A DNA stretch of 10,971 nucleotides from an archaeon (GTDB taxonomy: Archaea > Iainarchaeota > Iainarchaeia > Iainarchaeales > JAAZKV01), in assembly GCA_036170245.1 (NCBI GenBank), contig JAVHOV010000024.1:1-10971 (forward strand), read 5' to 3'. Every line of letters starts with the position of its first letter. Position 1 is the stretch's first letter. This document shows, piece by piece, positions 5,123-10,971 of this stretch. The position numbers were made by a program, and so were the translations under genes. The notes beneath the pieces were generated by a model. It did not search any database. It saw only the letters and a program-made list of their open reading frames with translations, and had not been told where the DNA came from.

Positions 5123-8100
5123 ATGAATACTTTTCCCAAACTAATTTTTGTTTTTATTTTTTTAATGCTCTTTCTTAATGGATGCACAGAAATGACAAGA
5201 AGCGAAATAAACTTGTGTGTAAACCTTTCAAGCAAGAGTTATGCTTTTGTTCCAAATTGTGAAACTGAAAACAGTTGTTTTGAGAAAGTTTCTAGCTTGT
5301 TTAAAACAAATCTTGGCTATGAAGAAGAAAGCAAGTTGTATGAAATAAAAAACCATATTGCAAAAAGCTGGTACTTTTATAATTTGTCATTAAAAGAGCA
5401 GAAAAACATTCAAAATTATTGTAAAAAAGGGGATTCACTCAGCGCAGCAGGTTCAATAAACCAGGCCCAAGATTTAATCAATGAGTCTTTTTCAGAGCTT
5501 GATTTAGGAATGAAAAAAAGCTTTGAACTGATTTCTTATGAAGAAACGCAACTTTCGACAAACCAAGCAGATTTACTCAAAGAGGAAAAAATTTACTCAA
5601 ATTTAATTGAGTTTAGGCAAATATTGTCTGAATTAAACACGGGCGCAACTAACTCAGACACTTATGTTTCTTATTATACAAAAAAAGCACAAGATTTTGC
5701 AAAATCAAGTGCTTCAAAGGGATTTACTATATTAATAGAAAAAAGCCCGTTTTGGATAGAAAATTTTGAATTAATTAATGATACTATTCTTAAAAATCTT
5801 GGAATCAAACAGGAAGAATCCTTTCCTTTTGCAAATGATTTATTACAAGAAGTAATTTCACAAGCAGAAACTGCTTTTTTTAAGAAACAAAGCATTCTTT
5901 CCCTCCAAAAATTTCCAATTTATGAATTTATGAAATTATATTCAGACCTGGGAGGAAACAATAACTCTGCCCTAAAAAGATTTGCTGACTTAATGAACAG
6001 AACAAGCGAAGGGAAAAAGGATTTAAGTTTGAAAATACAAAAGTCTTGGGAAATAAATGAAAATAATTTAAAACTAGTAAATTCTTTATTAAAAAAAGAA
6101 AAAGAAGTTACTGAATTTCACTCTTTGTTTGACAAATTAACTTCAAAAACAATTACTGCTGATTTAAACATTACAACAAAAGCAGAAGATACTATAGCTC
6201 AGTTTATTTTATTAAAAGAAAAAAAATATTCTGCAGAATTAACAAAAGGAGAAGAACTAAAAGAATTATTAAATTTTGAAACATCTTTTTTGAAAATTAT
6301 TTCTTCACTTTCTTTTAAAACACAAGGAAGTGAAGAGAAACTAATTCAAGCATGCAAAATAGAAGCTGATAAAAAAATAACCTTTGATTATAATAAAAAT
6401 GAAGAGACATCAAAATTAGCCGAAGAGGTCAGCTATTTCTCTTCAAGAGTAAAAAATACAACAGGAAGAGAATGCATTTTAAGCTGTCAGGAGCTTGTTG
6501 CAAAGAAAGAGCTTTTAACTAAAGCTATAGCAAGCACTGTTTTGCTAGAAGCAGAGATAAAGGATTCTTCAAAAGAATGTGTAAGTTCTCTAGAAAAAAT
6601 ATTTGCTGGTGAAGATTTAGCAGAACTAAAAATCAAATTTGAAGAACTGAAAAATGCTGTTGTTACTAAAGAAAATTTGAGTGATTTTTCAAAAAACTGC
6701 GAGTCAATAAAGAAACAAGCAAAAAACGAATTAATAACAGAACCTGATTACTCTAGTTTAGCAGAAGAATATAAAAAACTCAAAAACAATTTATCAGAGC
6801 TTGAAGAAATTTCATTTTATTTAAACGAAAGCGAAACATATTCTTTGAAAGAAAAATATTTTACAAAAGCTTTGACATTTGATCAGTATTTTTTAGAAGG
6901 AACAGTTTGTTTTGAAAAAATTGCGGTAATCAAAAAAGATGTTTTGAGTAAAATAATTGAGCTCAATAAGGAACTAAAAGAAGCTATTCAGGAAAAAATA
7001 ATTTATTATGTTGAAAAAAACACAACTGTTTCAGTTCTAAACTCAAATATTTTAAAACTAGATGAAACTAACCAAACAGAAGCCAGACTAATTCTCAATA
7101 ACCCTTTTGAAGAATTAAATGGCCCAATTTATATAAAACTGAATTTTGATATTAATCAAATAATTTTAAAGGATGCTTGTGTTGATTCTGTTGAAAAAAG
7201 AACAATTAAACTTTTTTATCTCCCAAAAGGAAAAACAAAAATCGATTTCTTTTTAGATACTTTTTTACACCTAGATGAAACTGACTCTTTTGTTTATGCA
7301 ACAAACGAAATAAGTTTATTAAAAAGAGAAATTGCACATCCTTCAAATTTTGGATTTCAAAATATTTTAATCTTGACAAACCAGCCAAAAAACACATTTC
7401 AAACAGTGGTTCTGGTTGATTCAAACGAAATCCTTTTTGCAAATGAAAACAATCAAACCATGTTTGTTGTGGAAAAAATAACACCTTTCACAAAAATAAA
7501 ATTGTTTTATTATTTAAGAGAAATAATTTTATTAAGTAAAGAATTAATAGAAACCAAAACAACTGATCTTGATGAAACTTTGATTTACAAAGTAACCGCA
7601 AAAAACCTCTATCCTTCAAGTCTTAATGCGACTTTATCCATACTTTTACCTTCAACAAGTGCAGACATAACAGTATATTCTCAAAACTATACAAAAAAAG
7701 AAATAAAAAAAATAGGGGATAAAATAATACTTTCCAACCAAGATTTTTTAGAGAGGGAAACAAAAGAATTTGAGGTTTGGGTAAAAACAAGCAGCGCCCT
7801 TGATTTTTATAAAGAAGGATTAGAAAAACAGGAATCTTTTTTTAATGAACATGATTATACTAAAAACGCAGAGGAAACCAAAAAAATAAAAGATTCAGAA
7901 AATTTAGATCTGATAAAAAAGACTTTTGAATCAAATTCTATCAAAATAACGCAAATTGAACTTGATGAAAAAAACAAAAGTGCACTTGAACTAATGAAAC
8001 AAAAAATTCTTGACAAAATTTCAGAACTGCGTTCAAAACAAAGGGCATTGTATGATTTAGGATTAACTTCTGAGGCAGAAAAAATAGGCACAACCCTTGA

Positions 8101-8956
8101 TTCAATAATCAGCGACCAATTAACTAATGAAGCTAGTATTGCAAAAGCTTTTGATAAATTAGTTACTCTTTCTTCTTCAGCAGATAATAAGTTAAAAAGT
8201 GAAGCTGAAAAAATGTGGAGCGAAATAAGTATAAAAAGCGAGGGAAATGAAACTCTTACTGAATTAAAAAACAAATTTTTTGATAAAAAACAATTATTTG
8301 ATGAAGATTTTTCTTTTGACATTTTAAAGACAAACAGTTTGTTTTCAAATCTTCAAAAAGACTATAATTATTTTTTAACCCAGGCAAAAGAAATAGATAA
8401 AAATAATTTGGCAAAAGATAAAGAAAATCAAACTAAATTAAAACTGGATTTGAATTACTGCAAAAATACTCTTACTTTAATTGAAAATGATTTGGTAAAA
8501 AACAGTTCAAGTTTGTTAAAAGCAAAATTTATTGCTCCCTTAACGCAAGAAAGAATTGAAAAACTTAAATTGCTTTTATCAGAAATAGAAAACTCAAGCG
8601 ATTCTATTGAAGATAAACTAAAAAAACTGGAACCTTTAGAGACTGAAATTTGGGTTTCAATGGAGTCAATAAAGAAGCAGGCTATCTTGGCTTTTAACAA
8701 AGCTATTGATGAAAAAGCATCAAAAGAGGTTCTTTTAGAAGGAAAAACCCTCCTCGATCAAAATAAATATGTAGATGCCTATTTGGCATTATACAACACA
8801 ACATCTCCATCCATAGCGCTAACAAATTTTATTTGGTTCCTCCCAATTATAGTAGTAATTGTTGTTGCTTTTGTTGTAAAAAACAAAGTTAGTAAAAAAG
8901 AGAATGAAGATAGGGAGAAAAAGAAGGCAATAACGGAAGAATGGGATAAGTTATAG
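5123..8956 (+). CDS. Large hypothetical cell-surface protein (1277 aa) with lipoprotein-type signal, coiled-coil and beta-rich regions, and a C-terminal TM helix
   Basis: Signal MNTFPKLIFVFIFLMLFLNGC with lipobox L-N-G-C21; 13 Cys; long K/E/L-rich helical stretches; beta-rich segment at about aa 630-890; TM FIWFLPIIVVIVVAFVV followed by a charged tail. Confidence 0.85.
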   Translation: MNTFPKLIFVFIFLMLFLNGCTEMTRSEINLCVNLSSKSYAFVPNCETENSCFEKVSSLFKTNLGYEEESKLYEIKNHIAKSWYFYNLSLKEQKNIQNYCKKGDSLSAAGSINQAQDLINESFSELDLGMKKSFELISYEETQLSTNQADLLKEEKIYSNLIEFRQILSELNTGATNSDTYVSYYTKKAQDFAKSSASKGFTILIEKSPFWIENFELINDTILKNLGIKQEESFPFANDLLQEVISQAETAFFKKQSILSLQKFPIYEFMKLYSDLGGNNNSALKRFADLMNRTSEGKKDLSLKIQKSWEINENNLKLVNSLLKKEKEVTEFHSLFDKLTSKTITADLNITTKAEDTIAQFILLKEKKYSAELTKGEELKELLNFETSFLKIISSLSFKTQGSEEKLIQACKIEADKKITFDYNKNEETSKLAEEVSYFSSRVKNTTGRECILSCQELVAKKELLTKAIASTVLLEAEIKDSSKECVSSLEKIFAGEDLAELKIKFEELKNAVVTKENLSDFSKNCESIKKQAKNELITEPDYSSLAEEYKKLKNNLSELEEISFYLNESETYSLKEKYFTKALTFDQYFLEGTVCFEKIAVIKKDVLSKIIELNKELKEAIQEKIIYYVEKNTTVSVLNSNILKLDETNQTEARLILNNPFEELNGPIYIKLNFDINQIILKDACVDSVEKRTIKLFYLPKGKTKIDFFLDTFLHLDETDSFVYATNEISLLKREIAHPSNFGFQNILILTNQPKNTFQTVVLVDSNEILFANENNQTMFVVEKITPFTKIKLFYYLREIILLSKELIETKTTDLDETLIYKVTAKNLYPSSLNATLSILLPSTSADITVYSQNYTKKEIKKIGDKIILSNQDFLERETKEFEVWVKTSSALDFYKEGLEKQESFFNEHDYTKNAEETKKIKDSENLDLIKKTFESNSIKITQIELDEKNKSALELMKQKILDKISELRSKQRALYDLGLTSEAEKIGTTLDSIISDQLTNEASIAKAFDKLVTLSSSADNKLKSEAEKMWSEISIKSEGNETLTELKNKFFDKKQLFDEDFSFDILKTNSLFSNLQKDYNYFLTQAKEIDKNNLAKDKENQTKLKLDLNYCKNTLTLIENDLVKNSSSLLKAKFIAPLTQERIEKLKLLLSEIENSSDSIEDKLKKLEPLETEIWVSMESIKKQAILAFNKAIDEKASKEVLLEGKTLLDQNKYVDAYLALYNTTSPSIALTNFIWFLPIIVVIVVAFVVKNKVSKKENEDREKKKAITEEWDKL

Positions 8957-8976
8957 CATAATAGTAAAGAATTAAT

Positions 8977-10134
8977 TTACTTTTTAGCATAGTAAATCCA
9001 AGCAAAAATCAATAATCCAACTATAATCCCAGCAATAGCTAAGATTACCCCTAAAGGCAATTGATTCTGTTTTGATTCTACTTCTATTAAATTTGAAGTG
9101 TAAATGTTATTGTTGTCAGTTATTGTTGCAAAAAACTTTTCTTTACTTATTTCTAAAGGAAGTGCTTCAAAAATTATTTCCTGTTCACCTTTAGCTGAAA
9201 TAAATATGCTTTGTGATGAATCTTTTACTTTTGTCTGTGGAGAAAGAATTATGTTTCCTTCAAAAGGAGTTGACCAATTATTTTTTACTATTGCTTTAAA
9301 TGAAACTAAAGGGGTTTCTGAAATAGTTACTAAAGAAATTTCAATTTGCTTTGGAGTTACTACACTCAATGTTGGGTGATTGCTAATCAAAACTTGATCT
9401 TCTTCAAAGTAATTTGTAAAAAACAATGCTGCTGAGGGTAAATTGTATGAGCTAATTAAAGTTGGTTTAATATAATAATCAAATTGCTTTGTTTCTCCTG
9501 GAGAAATTGAAGTTGTTACGCTGGAATCCCCTTCAACTATATCAAAACTTGAAATTGTTACTTTTGCTCTTGTATCAGGGTGAACAAACTGCAAATACAC
9601 TGTTGAAAGTTTTGTTCCACTATTTGAAACAATAATGCTCATTTTTGCTCGGTTTCCTAAAAATATTTCAGATGGAGCCTGGTTTCTAATGCTTAATAGA
9701 GGAATATCATATATCCTAACAAAAGAATTCTTTGAAACAAAAACATTAGTTGTGTCCCCGCCTAAACTTGCACAAATTGCTACTTTTGTTGACCCCTCTT
9801 TTATTTGGGGTAAATATATTCTTGCCCAGCAAGAATTGTCCGTGCATGAAAAAAATTCTTTCCAAAATACCTTCTCTTCTGCTCCATTAACTGAAACTGA
9901 AACATAGGTATTGTCTATTTCTTTTCCACCAAAAACAGCATTTATTGAAAGTAACCCTACCCCAACTTCATTCAAATCAGATTCTGACAAATTAAAATCA
10001 ATAGTTTGACATTGCTTTGCAGAAACAATGGAGGTATTAATATCAGTAAAACCAAAATCAGACAAGGGGGCTTGAAAAGCAGTTACTGTACTTAAAATAA
10101 ACAAAATTGAGAATAAAACTGAATAAGCCTTCAT
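8977..10134 (-). CDS. Secreted, C-terminally anchored protein with Ig-like (BatD/CARDB/DUF11-like) beta-sandwich domains
   Basis: Signal peptide MKAYSVLFSILFILSTVTA; Ig-like motifs SIIVSNSG, SISPGETKQFDYYIKP, YNLPSAALFFTN...SN; TM LGVILAIAGIIVGLLIFAWIYY followed by AKK; SD-like AGTGAT before the ATG. Confidence 0.82.
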   Translation of the reverse strand: MKAYSVLFSILFILSTVTAFQAPLSDFGFTDINTSIVSAKQCQTIDFNLSESDLNEVGVGLLSINAVFGGKEIDNTYVSVSVNGAEEKVFWKEFFSCTDNSCWARIYLPQIKEGSTKVAICASLGGDTTNVFVSKNSFVRIYDIPLLSIRNQAPSEIFLGNRAKMSIIVSNSGTKLSTVYLQFVHPDTRAKVTISSFDIVEGDSSVTTSISPGETKQFDYYIKPTLISSYNLPSAALFFTNYFEEDQVLISNHPTLSVVTPKQIEISLVTISETPLVSFKAIVKNNWSTPFEGNIILSPQTKVKDSSQSIFISAKGEQEIIFEALPLEISKEKFFATITDNNNIYTSNLIEVESKQNQLPLGVILAIAGIIVGLLIFAWIYYAKK

Positions 10135-10201
10135 AAAATCACTTAACTATAATGCATTTTACTTAAAACAGGTTTTAAAACGTTTATGAAAGGATGAAAT
10201 T

Positions 10202-10702
10202 TCACTTTTTTGCTCCAAAAACGCTTTTTTTGCTTAATTCAACCAAAATATTTGCTACTGTAACTTTATAATTTGGACTTGACTTAACTAAAATAATTTT
10301 ATTTTTTGAATAATTCTTTTTTATGTGCTTTAAACAATAGTCTATTCCTTCACAAAAAACATTATCCATTATTTTTTCAGGAGAATAACTTCTTCTTTCA
10401 AGTCTTGCTTCTAAATCTTCAGGGTCAATTTTTAGAACTATCACAGCATCAACTTTAATTTTTACTTCGGATAACACATGTCCTTCAAAAATAACATTTT
10501 TATTTTTTGTTAAAAAAGAATTTACTTTTTTTTGTATTGGTAAAAGAGGAATTTCAAGTTCATTTTCATCATTAAATCTGCCAAGCCTATTTTTTAATGC
10601 AAAATCTTTTTCATTAATTACTTTTGCTTTGAATACTTCCCCTAAGACCTTGGCAATTGTGGTTTTTCCCGTACCTGGGGTCCCTGTTATTAGTAATTTC
10701 AT
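10202..10702 (-). CDS. Atypical adenylate kinase AK6/Fap7 family (P-loop NTPase, uS11 partner)
   Basis: Walker A GTPGTGKTT, family hhhEGH motif (VIFEGH), and LEARLERRSYSPEKIMDNV.CE lid region. Confidence 0.9.
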   Translation of the reverse strand: MKLLITGTPGTGKTTIAKVLGEVFKAKVINEKDFALKNRLGRFNDENELEIPLLPIQKKVNSFLTKNKNVIFEGHVLSEVKIKVDAVIVLKIDPEDLEARLERRSYSPEKIMDNVFCEGIDYCLKHIKKNYSKNKIILVKSSPNYKVTVANILVELSKKSVFGAKK

Positions 10703-10751
10703 AAATATCCTTTGCTAAAAAAGAATTAATAAAAGGAGCTATTTAAAAAAA

Positions 10752-10865
10752 TTATTTTAAATTTTTAGGAAAAGCAAAACATTCATTATCCAAGCATTTT
10801 CCTTTTGAATCGAGAGATTTACATAATGAAACTTCTCTTTGGCAAGAAACAATTATTTCACTCAT
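10752..10865 (-). CDS. Small cysteine-rich hypothetical protein (37 aa), below the ORF-track cutoff
   Basis: MSEIIVSCQREVSLCKSLDSKGKCLDNECFAFPKNLK*, preceded by AAAGTATTTATAC (TTTATA 30 nt upstream) and followed by a T7 run. Confidence 0.55.
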   Translation of the reverse strand: MSEIIVSCQREVSLCKSLDSKGKCLDNECFAFPKNLK

Positions 10866-10933
10866 TTTCTTCAAGTTGAAATAGAACGTTTCGAGTATAA
10901 ATACTTTATTCTATAATAGGTTCTGTAGAAATC

Positions 10934-10971
10934 CTATTTGGTTTGTATCCAAAGCTTAATTTTTATGATTC
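10934..10971 (-). CDS. Possible 3' end of a gene entering from the right edge (...IIKIKLWIQTK*)
   Basis: Longest minus-strand frame open from the window edge, stop TAG at 10936-10934. Too short to identify. Confidence 0.2.
   Translation of the reverse strand, partial: IIKIKLWIQTK

Noticed and set aside
5674..8700. Minus-strand ORFs 5674..5895, 7206..7484, 7855..8322 and 8455..8700
   Set aside because: F/S/L-rich antisense shadows of the K/E-rich large gene.
5123..8956. Possible SMC/Rad50 or chemoreceptor identity for the coiled-coil protein
   Set aside because: No Walker A/B or ABC signature, and no MCP hairpin motif. It has an export signal and a C-terminal TM.
9104..9907. Plus-strand ORFs 9104..9379 and 9635..9907
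   Set aside because: Shadows of the 385-aa surface protein gene.
1..10971. CRISPR array, tRNA, rRNA, or alternative genetic code
   Set aside because: No regularly spaced repeats or cloverleaf/rRNA-like GC-rich segments. Known genes translate full length in the standard code, and TAA, TAG and TGA all serve as stops.

Overview
AT-rich archaeal chromosomal window. Archaeal TATA boxes, GGTGA Shine-Dalgarno sites, a geranylgeranyl reductase, an AK6/Fap7 kinase, an archaeal-type Rqc2 and a PRC-barrel protein support this. Gene content and style suggest a DPANN lineage such as Iainarchaeota/Diapherotrites (inference). From left to right: the probable left end of an IS200/IS605-family element, which appears to have cut into a hypothetical gene; a ferredoxin + geranylgeranyl reductase operon; an N-terminal-half-only Rqc2/NFACT gene; a CdpB-like PRC-barrel protein; a divergent pair of hypothetical genes sharing one TATA element; a 1277-aa lipobox + C-terminal TM surface protein convergent with an Ig-like membrane-anchored protein; an AK6/Fap7 adenylate kinase; and an unlisted 37-aa four-cysteine small ORF. 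No CRISPR array, tRNA or rRNA was seen. The best leads are the half-length Rqc2, the IS end with its interrupted gene, the uncharacterised surface-protein cluster and the small Cys-rich ORF. None of these is proven novel from sequence alone.
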